Shown: positions 9,968 through 18,854 of the stretch, piece after piece
Layout of the letters: every line of letters begins with the position of its first letter
Numbering within the stretch: position 1 is the first letter of the stretch
Source of the DNA: Chthoniobacter sp.
Lineage (GTDB): Bacteria > Verrucomicrobiota > Verrucomicrobiia > Chthoniobacterales > Chthoniobacteraceae
Direction: 5' to 3'
DNA: 64,000 bases
NCBI GenBank assembly: GCA_031424395.1
Contig: JANPHJ010000096.1
Coordinates: 969-64,968 of the forward strand
Made by a program: the position numbers and the translations under genes
Notes under the pieces: generated by a model
Databases searched by the model: none
Seen by the model: only the letters and a program-made list of their open reading frames with translations
What the model was told of the DNA's origin: nothing

Positions 9968-12739
9968 ATGCCGCGCTTCACAAACCCGAAACCACTCCGC
10001 CGCGCCGCGAGGCTGCTTCGTTTCGTGGCGATGCTGCTCGCGGGCGTCGCCGCCGCGCGGGCGCAGGGGTTGCCGACGGGTTGGGTTTCGGAAGGTGTGG
10101 GGTCGCCGGGGTCGGTTGGAAATGCGGCGGCGAGCGGTGGGACGTGGACGGTCAGCGGCGGCGGGGCGGACATCTGGGGCACGGCGGATCAGTTTCAATT
10201 TGTGAGCCGGACGCTGTGCGGCGATGGGTCGGTAGTCGCACGCGTAAATGCGGTCGGTAACACCGGCGGCTGGGCGAAGTCGGGCGTGATGCTGCGCGTC
10301 GACGCGGGCGCCGGCGTGGCGTTTGCGGATGTCATGGTCACGCCGTCGAACAGCATCGTTTTTCAATGGCGCACCGCGGCTGGCGCGAGCGCGCAAAGCA
10401 TCGCGACGGGCGGCGTGGTGGCTGCGCCCGCGTGGGTGCGGGTCACGCGGAGCGGCGGTTCGGTGAGCGGAAGTTTTTCGTATGACGGCGTGAACTGGGT
10501 GCAGGTCGGCGAGCGGCAGACGGTCGCGCTCGGCGCGAGCGCGCTGGCCGGGCTGGCGGTGAGTGCGGGAAGTAATGCGGCGCTTTCGACTTCGACGTTC
10601 ACGAATGTCGGCGTCGTGCCGGCGGGCTGGGCGGATGCGGATGTCGGTGCGCCGTCGGCGGCAGGGTCCGCGACTTTCGACGGCGCGACGCTGACCGTCG
10701 GCGGCAGCGGCGAAATATTTGGCAGCTCGGATCAGTTTCATTTCACGAGTCAGAGTTTCGTCGGCGATATGGCGGTCGTGGCGAAAGTAAACAGTCTCGC
10801 GGGCGGCGGGACTTACGCGAAGGCGGGCGTGATGATTCGCGACGGCACGGCGGCGAATGCGGGCTATGCGTTCAGCTTTTTCACGCCGAGCACGGGCGCG
10901 GGCGGACAGGGCGCGAATTTCGAGTATCGCAACGGTGCGGGCAGCGCGACGCAGTCGGCGGCGAACACGGGCGGTGTGACTGCGCCGGGCTGGGTGAAGC
11001 TCGTGCGGCGCGGCGGAATGTTCACCGCGTTTCGCTCGGCGGACGGCGTGGCGTGGACGCAGAACGGCCCGGCGGTGAGCATCGCGATGGGCGCGACAGT
11101 GCAGGTCGGTGTGGCCGTTTCGGCGGGCGGCGGCGCACTGAATACGACGGCATTCAGCAGCGTGAGTGTGCTGCCGGCGGATTGGTCGGACGCGGACATC
11201 GGCGGGCCTGGGTTCGCGGGTTCGGCGCGCTTCGACGGGCTGGCGTGGAGCGTGAGCGGCAGCGGCGCGGATGTGTGGGGCACGGCGGACCAATTCCATT
11301 TCGCGCAGCAGACGTTTGCCGGCGACGTGACGCTCATCGCGAAAGTCCGCAGCCTGTCCAACACGGGCAACTTCGCGAAGGCCGGGCTGATGATTCGCGA
11401 CGGCACCGGCGCGGACGCTAGCTATGCGTTCGCGTTTCTCACACCGGACAATCCGCAGCCGTTTGCCGGTGCGAATTTCGAGTGTCGGGCCGGTGCGGGC
11501 AATGCAGCGGCGGCCTTCGGCACCGCGCCCGGTGCGCTCGCGCCGCGCTGGCTGAAGCTCGTGCGCGCGGGCAATGTTTTTACCGCCTCGCAGTCGCCCG
11601 ATGGCGCGGGCTGGACGCAAATCGGCAGCACCAGCATCGGCATGAACGCGACGGTGCAGGTCGGGCTCGCGGTGGATGCGAACGACAACGCCGCACTAAA
11701 CTCGGCGGTGTTCAGCGACGTTTTTTGCGGCACGAACTGGCGCGACCCGTTCCTGAAAACGAGTGGCTTGAATTTCAAAAATGCGCGCGGCGCGGGCGAC
11801 ATCGTCCGGCTGCGTGGCACGAATCTCGGCGGCTGGATGCTGCACGAGAATTGGATTAACGGCATGGACAGCTCGGGGCTGCCCGACGACGTCACCTTGC
11901 GCAACACGCTCGAAAGCCGCTTCGGCGTGGCGACCGCGAACCGCCTCGTCGCGGCGTTTGAGGACCATTGGATCACCGAGCTGGACCTCGACAATTTCCG
12001 CGCGCTCGGTCTGAACGTGCTGCGCGTGCCGTTCAGCTACCGCAATGTAATGGACGCGGGTTTCAACTGGCGCAGCGATGCCTTCACGCAGCTCGATTGG
12101 ATCGTGGACGAGGCATGGAAGCGCGGCATCCGCGTCATTCTCGACCTGCACGGTGCGCCCGGCGGCGCGAGTCCTTACCAAAGCTCCGGCATCGTGAATG
12201 GTGGGGCGCTTTGGACGGATGTGAATTTGCAAAACATTGCGGTGAACATTTGGACGCGCGTCGCGCAGCATTTCGCGGGGCATCCCGGCGTGGCCGCCTA
12301 TGACCTCATCAACGAGCCGGTGCCGCCGAGCTACAACGCGGTGTGGTCCCTCTACGACCGCATGTATGACGCGATCCGCGCGGTGGACGCGGAGCATGTG
12401 GTGATGATGGAAGGCGCGGGCGGTGCGGGCGTGGGCAATTCGTATTGGAGTGTGGACACGCTGCCCGATCCGGCGTCGCAGGGCTGGACGAATGTCGCCT
12501 ACCAGTCGCACGCCTACGCACTCGACGGCGGCAGCGGCGCGGAGGGCACGGCGCAGTGGCAGGTCACCCAGCTCGGGATGCGCGGCGTCCCGCTGCTCGT
12601 CGGCGAATTCAATCTCGGCGACCGCGACGATTTCGGCGTGCAGTTGTGGGATGACAACGGGCTCAACTGGACCTCGTGGACGCTCAAGGCGCGGCTCGGG
12701 ATGGGTAGCAAGTGGGGCATCTACGAAGTGACACAGTGA
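9968..12739 (+). CDS. secreted multidomain protein: three ConA-like (DUF1349-like) beta-sandwich repeats + GH5 glycoside hydrolase; ends at an in-frame TGA
   Basis: Signal peptide MPRFTNPKPLRRAARLLRFVAMLLAGVAAARA. Three repeats carry G(A/E)DIWG(T/S)(A/S)DQF(Q/H)F. GH5-like segments: NLGGWMLHENW, VILDLHGAPGG, NEP, VGEFN. Confidence 0.8.
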   Translation: MPRFTNPKPLRRAARLLRFVAMLLAGVAAARAQGLPTGWVSEGVGSPGSVGNAAASGGTWTVSGGGADIWGTADQFQFVSRTLCGDGSVVARVNAVGNTGGWAKSGVMLRVDAGAGVAFADVMVTPSNSIVFQWRTAAGASAQSIATGGVVAAPAWVRVTRSGGSVSGSFSYDGVNWVQVGERQTVALGASALAGLAVSAGSNAALSTSTFTNVGVVPAGWADADVGAPSAAGSATFDGATLTVGGSGEIFGSSDQFHFTSQSFVGDMAVVAKVNSLAGGGTYAKAGVMIRDGTAANAGYAFSFFTPSTGAGGQGANFEYRNGAGSATQSAANTGGVTAPGWVKLVRRGGMFTAFRSADGVAWTQNGPAVSIAMGATVQVGVAVSAGGGALNTTAFSSVSVLPADWSDADIGGPGFAGSARFDGLAWSVSGSGADVWGTADQFHFAQQTFAGDVTLIAKVRSLSNTGNFAKAGLMIRDGTGADASYAFAFLTPDNPQPFAGANFECRAGAGNAAAAFGTAPGALAPRWLKLVRAGNVFTASQSPDGAGWTQIGSTSIGMNATVQVGLAVDANDNAALNSAVFSDVFCGTNWRDPFLKTSGLNFKNARGAGDIVRLRGTNLGGWMLHENWINGMDSSGLPDDVTLRNTLESRFGVATANRLVAAFEDHWITELDLDNFRALGLNVLRVPFSYRNVMDAGFNWRSDAFTQLDWIVDEAWKRGIRVILDLHGAPGGASPYQSSGIVNGGALWTDVNLQNIAVNIWTRVAQHFAGHPGVAAYDLINEPVPPSYNAVWSLYDRMYDAIRAVDAEHVVMMEGAGGAGVGNSYWSVDTLPDPASQGWTNVAYQSHAYALDGGSGAEGTAQWQVTQLGMRGVPLLVGEFNLGDRDDFGVQLWDDNGLNWTSWTLKARLGMGSKWGIYEVTQ

Positions 12740-12925
12740 CCGAACAGCCCAAATCTCCAGACGTATTCCGCAAGTCAAATTCTCTCCAACTACGCGACGG
12801 TCACGACCGCCGGGCACTTCGCCATCAACACCGCGCTGCGCACCGCCTTCGGGTCTCCGCTGCTTGCCAATGACAGTTACGCGACGACACCTGGCCAGTC
12901 GCTCTACGTCGCGCGCGCGCAAGGC

Positions 12926-14155
12926 GTGCTCGCGAATGACACGATCCCCAACGCCGGCCAGCCGGGCATCGCCCCGCATGCCTATCAAGTCGATGCGCCC
13001 GCGCACGGCACGCTCACGCTCTACGAAGACGGCTCGTTTTCCTACGTGCCCACCGCCGGGTTCGCGGGCACGGACACGTTCCGCTATTTCGTATGGGACA
13101 GTCACAATGACTCGACGAGCAACGCGACCGTCTCGCTTACCGTCGTGCCGCTGCCCGCAGGCTGGACCTCCGCCGACATCGGCACGCCTGGCCTTTCGGG
13201 CGGCGCGGCGTTCAACTCCGGCGACGCGACGTGGACTGTCCGCGGCGGCGGCGCGGACATCTTCGGGACGGGCGACCAGTTCCAATACGCGATGCAGGAT
13301 TTCGCCGCCGACGGCGCGCTGGTCGCGCGCGTCACGTCCGTGGAAAACACCAACACCTCCGCGAAGGCCGGCGTGATGATGCGCAGCTCGACGGGCGCCG
13401 GCTCGCGCTACGCCTTTGTCTTCGCCACGCCCAGCGGCGTTTATTTTCAAACCCGCACCGCGACGAACGCGAGCGCAGTCACGGTCGGCTCCGCCGCCTT
13501 CACCGCGCCCGTCTGGCTGAAGCTCACGCGCAGCGGCACGACATTCATCGGCTGGTGGAGCAGCGACGGCGCGGCGTGGACGGCGCTCGGCACGCAAACG
13601 CTCACCATGTCCGCCACGCCGAAAGCCGGGCTCGCTGTGACCGCGCACGACGACGCGAAGCTGAACACGAGCACGTTTGCGAACGTTGCGCTGTCGCCGT
13701 TTACCGGCATGACCGCGTGGCAGTATCAAAACTTCACCGCCGCGCAGCTCAGCAACGCAAACATCAGCGCTCCGCTCGCCGACGCGAACAGTGACGGCGT
13801 GAACAACCTCCTCGCCTACGCCGCCGGCATTACGCCGTGGACTGTCGCGACCACCGCGAACGGCGGACGCCCATTCGCGACAGCCGCCAGCGGAAGGCTC
13901 GCAATCACCTTTAATCGCAGCGCCGCAATCACCGACCTCACCCTCGCCGTGCAAGGCGCAGACAGCCTGGCCGGCCCATGGACTGATCTCGCGCGCAGCA
14001 TCGGCGGTGCGGCTTTCACCGTCATCACCTCCGGCGCGACCGCGGCCGAAAGCGGGACGGGCACGACCCGCGCGGTCGAGGTGCGCCACGCCTACGCGAT
14101 CACGGACCCCGCGCACCCGCGGCAGTTCCTGCGGCTCCGCATCAGCAGTCCATAA
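12926..14155 (+). CDS. cadherin-like Ig domain + fourth ConA-like repeat + C-terminal module; probably the continuation of 9968..12739
   Basis: Same reading frame as the upstream GH5 gene. The frame is open from 12740, and the cadherin-like domain (LANDSYATTPGQSLYV...GVLANDT) begins upstream of the first possible start (GTG at 12926). There is no signal peptide. Confidence 0.55.
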   Translation: MLANDTIPNAGQPGIAPHAYQVDAPAHGTLTLYEDGSFSYVPTAGFAGTDTFRYFVWDSHNDSTSNATVSLTVVPLPAGWTSADIGTPGLSGGAAFNSGDATWTVRGGGADIFGTGDQFQYAMQDFAADGALVARVTSVENTNTSAKAGVMMRSSTGAGSRYAFVFATPSGVYFQTRTATNASAVTVGSAAFTAPVWLKLTRSGTTFIGWWSSDGAAWTALGTQTLTMSATPKAGLAVTAHDDAKLNTSTFANVALSPFTGMTAWQYQNFTAAQLSNANISAPLADANSDGVNNLLAYAAGITPWTVATTANGGRPFATAASGRLAITFNRSAAITDLTLAVQGADSLAGPWTDLARSIGGAAFTVITSGATAAESGTGTTRAVEVRHAYAITDPAHPRQFLRLRISSP

Positions 14156-14221
14156 ATTGGCGAGGGTCATCCAGCGATTGAAGGCTTGGCCGCGGGCGAC
14201 GATCTGGCAGTAAATCGGCGG

Positions 14222-16363
14222 ATGAATTCGCTCCCCGCCATTTTTCTTTTGCTCACCCTCGCCGCGGCGTACGCGGCCGATGATGTCGTACTCGCGGATT
14301 TTGAAGGCGCCGACTATGGCGCGTGGCAGGCCGAGGGCACAGCGTTTGGCAGCGGGCCGGCGCGCGGGTCGCTGCCAGGGCAGATGAAGGTGGAGGGCTT
14401 TGTCGGCAAGGCCTTGGTCAACTCGTTCAACGGTGGCGACGAGGCGACGGGGCGGCTGGTTTCTGCGGAGTTCAAGATCGAGCGGCCGTTCCTCAATTTT
14501 TTCATCGGCGGCGGCGGCTACGCGGGCGAGACGTGCATGAATCTGCTCGTGGACGGCGCGGCGGTGCGCACGGCGACCGGCCCGAACACGCAGCCCGGCG
14601 GCAGCGAGCGGCTTCGGCCGGCGGCGTGGGACGTGCGCGAGCTGAGTGGCAAGACCGCGCGCCTCGAAATCGTGGACAAGCGCAAGGGAGGATGGGGACA
14701 CGTCAGTGTCGATCAGCTCGTGCTCAGCGAACGGCGTGCGGCGGGCGTGCTCACGGAGGCGAAGCGCGACCTCGTCATCACAAAAAGGCTGCTGCATTTC
14801 CCGGTGAAAACCGGCGGGCCAAAACGCAATGTGAAGGTGCTGGTGGAGGGCAAGGTTGAGCGCTTCTTTGACCTCGAACTCGCGGACACGACGGCAGACT
14901 GGTGGGCGCCGCTGGACGTGAGCGCGTGGACGGGAAAAACCGTGACGGTGACGGTGGACAAGCTGCCCGAGGATTCGTCGGCGCTCACCGTCCTCGAGCA
15001 AAGCGACACGCTGAAAAACTCCGGCGATCTCTATCACGAGGCGCTGCGCCCGCAGCTTCAGTTTTCGCCGCAGCGCGGGTGGACGAACGACCCGAACGGA
15101 CTCGTTTTCTACCAAGGGGAGTACCACCTTTTCTACCAGCACAACCCGTATGGCTGGGGCTGGGGCAACATGCACTGGGGCCACGCCACGAGCCGCGACC
15201 TGGTGCATTGGCAGGAGCACGGCGAGGCGCTTTTTCCCGACGCCATGGGGCCGATGTTCAGCGGCAGCGCGGTGGTGGATTGGAAAAACACGAGCCGCTT
15301 TGGCAAGGACGGGCAGCCGCCGCTCGTGCTGATCTATACGGCGGCGGGGCACCCGACGGTGCAGGGCCTCGCGTACAGCAACGATGGGCGGACGTTCACG
15401 AAATTTGCAGGCAATCCCGTCATCAAAGAAATCAGCGACGGCAACCGCGACCCGAAGGTTTTCTGGCACGAGGCGACGAAGCAGTGGGTGCTCACGCTTT
15501 ACGTCGAACTGCCCGCCGCCCCGGGGGGGCCGAAGCCGAATCACACGATCCACTTTTTCACTTCGCCGAACCTGCGCGAGTGGACGCTGCGCAGCACGAC
15601 GCCGGAGCTTTTTGAGTGCCCGGATTTTTTCGAGCTGCCGGTGGATGGCGATGCGGCGAAGAAAAAATGGGTGCTTACGGCGGCGAGCAGCGAATACCTC
15701 GTCGGCGGATTTGACGGCGAAAAATTCACGCCGGAAACGGGCAGGCTGCCGGGGCATCGCGGGCGCGGCTTTTACGCGGCGCAGACGTTCAGCGACCTGC
15801 CGGACGGACGGCGCGTGCAAATCGGCTGGGGGCAGTGCGACTCGCCGGCGATGGCGTTCAATCAGCTCCAGGCGTTCCCTTGTGAACTCTCGCTCCGCAG
15901 CACGCCGGACGGGCCGCGGCTGGCGTGGCAGCCGGCGAAGGAGCTCGCGACGCTGCGCGAGAAATCGCAACGCACCGGGCCGCTCAGGCTGCGCGCGGGC
16001 GGCGCGAATCCGCTCGCGGAGACGAAAGGCGAGCTGCTGGAAATCCGCGCGGACTTCGCGCCCGCGGCGGACAGCGAGGTGGTGTGGCAAGTGCGCGGCA
16101 TCGAGGTGCGCTACGCGGCGGCGAAGCAGGAGATTTCCGTCGCCGGTCACCGCGCGCCTGCGCCGCTGCGTGACGGGCGGCAGCGGGTCATCATCCTCAC
16201 CGACCGGACGAACTTCACGGTCTGGGCGAGCGACGGGCTGACCTACGTCCCGATGCCGATTATCGCGAAAGCGCGCGACCTCGGAGTTGAGGTTCGCGTG
16301 CTGGGCGGAGAGGTGGAATTTGGCTCGCTCGAAGCGTATGAGCTGAAATCCATCTGGCCGTGA
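14222..16363 (+). CDS. GH32 beta-fructofuranosidase/levanase-like with an N-terminal beta-sandwich domain
   Basis: Signal peptide MNSLPAIFLLLTLAAAYA. The GH32 signature WTNDPNGLVFYQGEYHLFYQHNP, then RDPKVFW and the EC motif (LFECPDFFEL). Confidence 0.85.
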   Translation: MNSLPAIFLLLTLAAAYAADDVVLADFEGADYGAWQAEGTAFGSGPARGSLPGQMKVEGFVGKALVNSFNGGDEATGRLVSAEFKIERPFLNFFIGGGGYAGETCMNLLVDGAAVRTATGPNTQPGGSERLRPAAWDVRELSGKTARLEIVDKRKGGWGHVSVDQLVLSERRAAGVLTEAKRDLVITKRLLHFPVKTGGPKRNVKVLVEGKVERFFDLELADTTADWWAPLDVSAWTGKTVTVTVDKLPEDSSALTVLEQSDTLKNSGDLYHEALRPQLQFSPQRGWTNDPNGLVFYQGEYHLFYQHNPYGWGWGNMHWGHATSRDLVHWQEHGEALFPDAMGPMFSGSAVVDWKNTSRFGKDGQPPLVLIYTAAGHPTVQGLAYSNDGRTFTKFAGNPVIKEISDGNRDPKVFWHEATKQWVLTLYVELPAAPGGPKPNHTIHFFTSPNLREWTLRSTTPELFECPDFFELPVDGDAAKKKWVLTAASSEYLVGGFDGEKFTPETGRLPGHRGRGFYAAQTFSDLPDGRRVQIGWGQCDSPAMAFNQLQAFPCELSLRSTPDGPRLAWQPAKELATLREKSQRTGPLRLRAGGANPLAETKGELLEIRADFAPAADSEVVWQVRGIEVRYAAAKQEISVAGHRAPAPLRDGRQRVIILTDRTNFTVWASDGLTYVPMPIIAKARDLGVEVRVLGGEVEFGSLEAYELKSIWP

Positions 16364-16421
16364 AATCGTGAAGCGGCGACCCGTTTGACTTTCGCTCGGC
16401 GGCTCTCTACTTCGTTGACGC

Positions 16422-17753
16422 GTGAATTCGGGCGAATCTCCTGCTGGTGGTAAAACGATCTCGCTGCTGACAGCGACGTGCATCGTGGTGGCGAACATGA
16501 TCGGCACGGGCATCTTCACCAGCCTGGGGTTTCAAGTGGGCGGGCTGCCAAGCGGCTTTGCCATCATGGCGCTGTGGGCGGTGGGCGGGGTGTGCGCGCT
16601 GTGCGGGGCGCTGTCGTACGCGGAGCTGGGCGCGGCGCTGCCGCGGTCGGGCGGCGAGTACCGGTTTCTCGGCGTGATCTATCATCCGGCGGCGGGTTTT
16701 CTCGCGGGCTGGATTTCGGCGACGGTGGGGTTTGCCGCGCCGGTGGCGCTGGCGGCGATGGCCTTCGGCCAGTACTTCGCGGGCGTGCTGCCGGGGACAA
16801 ATCCGCTCGTGCTCTCGCTCTCCGCGGTGTGGCTGGTGACGCTTTTTCTGCTGCGCGATGTGCGGCTGGGGAGCGCGTTTCAAAATGCGTCCACGCTGCT
16901 GAAGGTGGCGCTTATTCTCGTGGTGGTGGCCGCGGGGGGCTTTGTCGGACCCGGGCAGGCGGTGTCGTTTCTGCCGGTGAAAGGCGACGGCGCGCTGCTG
17001 ACAGGCGCGGTGTTTGCGGGCAATCTGTACTACGTGATGTATGCCTACTCGGGCTGGAATGCCTCGACCTATATCGTGGGTGAAGTGCGCAATCCGGCGC
17101 GGACGATGCCGCTTTCGGTCGGGCTCGGGACGCTGGCGGTAATGGCGCTCTATCTCGCGGTGAACGCGGTTTTCCTGCACTCTACGCCGATGGCCGCGAT
17201 GGCTGCCGCGCCGGACAAAGTGGCGGTGGCGCTGGTGGCGGGGCCGTATCTTTTCGGCGCAGCCGGGACGCGGGTGATGGCGGCGCTGATCTGCACGGGG
17301 CTGATCTCGACGGTCAGCGCGATGATGTGGATCGGGCCGCGCGTGACCATGGCGATGGGCGAAGATCTGCCGGCGCTGCGCTGGCTGGCGCGGAAGTCGG
17401 CGGGCGGAATTCCGGTGCGGGCGATGCTCGTGCAGTTCGTCATCGTGAACGGGCTGCTGCTGACTTCGACCTTCGACAAGGTGCTGACCTACGTGCAGTT
17501 CAGCCTGCAGGTGTGCGCGTTCTTCACCGTGCTCGGGGTGATCGTGCTGCGCTGGACGCAACCCGCTTTGCCGCGGCCGTACCGGACGTGGGGCTATCCG
17601 GTGACGCCGCTGGTTTTTCTCGCGGTCAGCGCCTGGATGCTGCTGAACATCTGGCGCTCGAATCCCCGGGAATCGCTGTGGGGGCTGGCGACGATGGCGC
17701 TCGGGCTCGGCGTCTATTTTCTCGCGCCGCGGGCGGAGGCCTCGGTGAAATGA
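16422..17753 (+). CDS. APC-superfamily amino acid permease
   Basis: About 12 hydrophobic segments. The N-terminal ATCIVVANMIGTGIFTSLGF motif is typical of amino-acid/polyamine permeases. GTG start. Confidence 0.8.
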   Translation: MNSGESPAGGKTISLLTATCIVVANMIGTGIFTSLGFQVGGLPSGFAIMALWAVGGVCALCGALSYAELGAALPRSGGEYRFLGVIYHPAAGFLAGWISATVGFAAPVALAAMAFGQYFAGVLPGTNPLVLSLSAVWLVTLFLLRDVRLGSAFQNASTLLKVALILVVVAAGGFVGPGQAVSFLPVKGDGALLTGAVFAGNLYYVMYAYSGWNASTYIVGEVRNPARTMPLSVGLGTLAVMALYLAVNAVFLHSTPMAAMAAAPDKVAVALVAGPYLFGAAGTRVMAALICTGLISTVSAMMWIGPRVTMAMGEDLPALRWLARKSAGGIPVRAMLVQFVIVNGLLLTSTFDKVLTYVQFSLQVCAFFTVLGVIVLRWTQPALPRPYRTWGYPVTPLVFLAVSAWMLLNIWRSNPRESLWGLATMALGLGVYFLAPRAEASVK

Positions 17754-17761
17754 TTTGCCCT

Positions 17762-18826
17762 ATGAAAATCCCGCTGCTGCTCGCGCTCGTCTTTACCGCC
17801 CGGCTCCCCGCGGAGGACGGCGTGAAGGCGGATGAAACCGCGCGGTTTCTCGCCGGACTGCCGGTGCGGGGCACTGCGCTGGAGCCGCTCGCGCAGCAGA
17901 CGGCGTGGGCCGAGCACGCCACGGATTTCGACCGGGCCTGGAAGGAGCTCGATGCGCGGCAGCTCGCGCAAATCCGGGCGTGGGCCCCGGCGGCGCTCGG
18001 CGCGGCGTACCTGGCGAAGGAGCCGGTGTTCTACCTGTTCAGCGGGCCGGACATTCTCTACGCGCAGGCCTTTTTTCCGAACGCCCGGACCTACGTGCTG
18101 TGCGGGCTGGAGCCGGTGGGCGCGGTGCCGGACGTGGTGCATCTGCCGCCGGCGGCGCTGACCGCAGGGCTGGCGAATCTGCGGAAGTCGCTGAACTCGG
18201 CGCTGAGCTTTTCGTTTTTCATCACGCGGGAAATGAAAGTCGATCTGCGGCACAATCAGCTCAACGGGACGCTGCCGATCCTCTACGTCTTCCTCGCGCG
18301 GGCGGGCAGCCGCATCGACCGGGTGGAACTGCTGGGCCTCGACCGCACGGGCGGGACGAGCCCGCTGCGCACGGAGACGCCGGGAGTGAAAATCAACTTC
18401 ACCAGCGCGGGCGGCGCGGCGCAGACGCTCTACTATTTCACCACGAATCTGGCGAACGACGGGATCAGCAGCGACCCGGGTTTCATCAAGTTTTGCGAAG
18501 GGCTGGGCACAGGGCGGAGTCTGGTGAAAGCGGCCTCGTACCTCATGCACACGGGGGAGTTTTCGCAGGCGCGGGAGTTTCTGCTGACCCACAGCGCCAC
18601 GCTCGTGGAGGACGACTCGGGCATCCCGGTGCGCGACTTCAACGCGGCGCAATGGAGCCTGCGCTACTTCGGCGCGTATGCAGGGCCGATCGAGCTTTTC
18701 AACCAGCACCACCAAGCGGAAATGGCGGACGCCTACCAGGCCGCGACCGCCCCGGCGCTGCCGTTTGGCTTTGGCTACCGCTGGCATCCGCGGGAGTCTT
18801 CGCTCATCATCGCCACGCCCAAATGA
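17762..18826 (+). CDS. secreted protein of unknown function (paralogue 1)
   Basis: Signal peptide MKIPLLLALVFTARLPA. Strong GC3 bias. More than half of residues are identical by eye to the next gene. I recognise no family. Confidence 0.65.
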   Translation: MKIPLLLALVFTARLPAEDGVKADETARFLAGLPVRGTALEPLAQQTAWAEHATDFDRAWKELDARQLAQIRAWAPAALGAAYLAKEPVFYLFSGPDILYAQAFFPNARTYVLCGLEPVGAVPDVVHLPPAALTAGLANLRKSLNSALSFSFFITREMKVDLRHNQLNGTLPILYVFLARAGSRIDRVELLGLDRTGGTSPLRTETPGVKINFTSAGGAAQTLYYFTTNLANDGISSDPGFIKFCEGLGTGRSLVKAASYLMHTGEFSQAREFLLTHSATLVEDDSGIPVRDFNAAQWSLRYFGAYAGPIELFNQHHQAEMADAYQAATAPALPFGFGYRWHPRESSLIIATPK

Positions 18827-18854
18827 CGCGCCCGCCGCGAAACCCAGCCGCCCT

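Noticed and set aside
12737-12739. The in-frame TGA as a selenocysteine codon.
   Set aside because: The position is a linker between a GH5 domain and a cadherin-like domain, not a redox-active site. I see no obvious SECIS-like hairpin immediately downstream. A nonsense mutation, sequencing error or read-through is more plausible.
11696-16519. A 1607-aa minus-strand ORF spanning the GH5, split-gene and GH32 loci. Similar very long antisense ORFs are 3460..7521 (+), 20830..23328 (-), 40201..42231 (-), 43562..45106 (-), 45493..47448 (-), 49183..51603 (-), 53460..55877 (+), 56164..57897 (+) and 59525..60880 (-).
   Set aside because: All lie antisense to, or out of frame with, genes that have clear family motifs. 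Their translations are R/A/G/P/H-rich low-information sequence. Long stop-free antisense frames are expected in GC-rich DNA with a strong GC3 bias.
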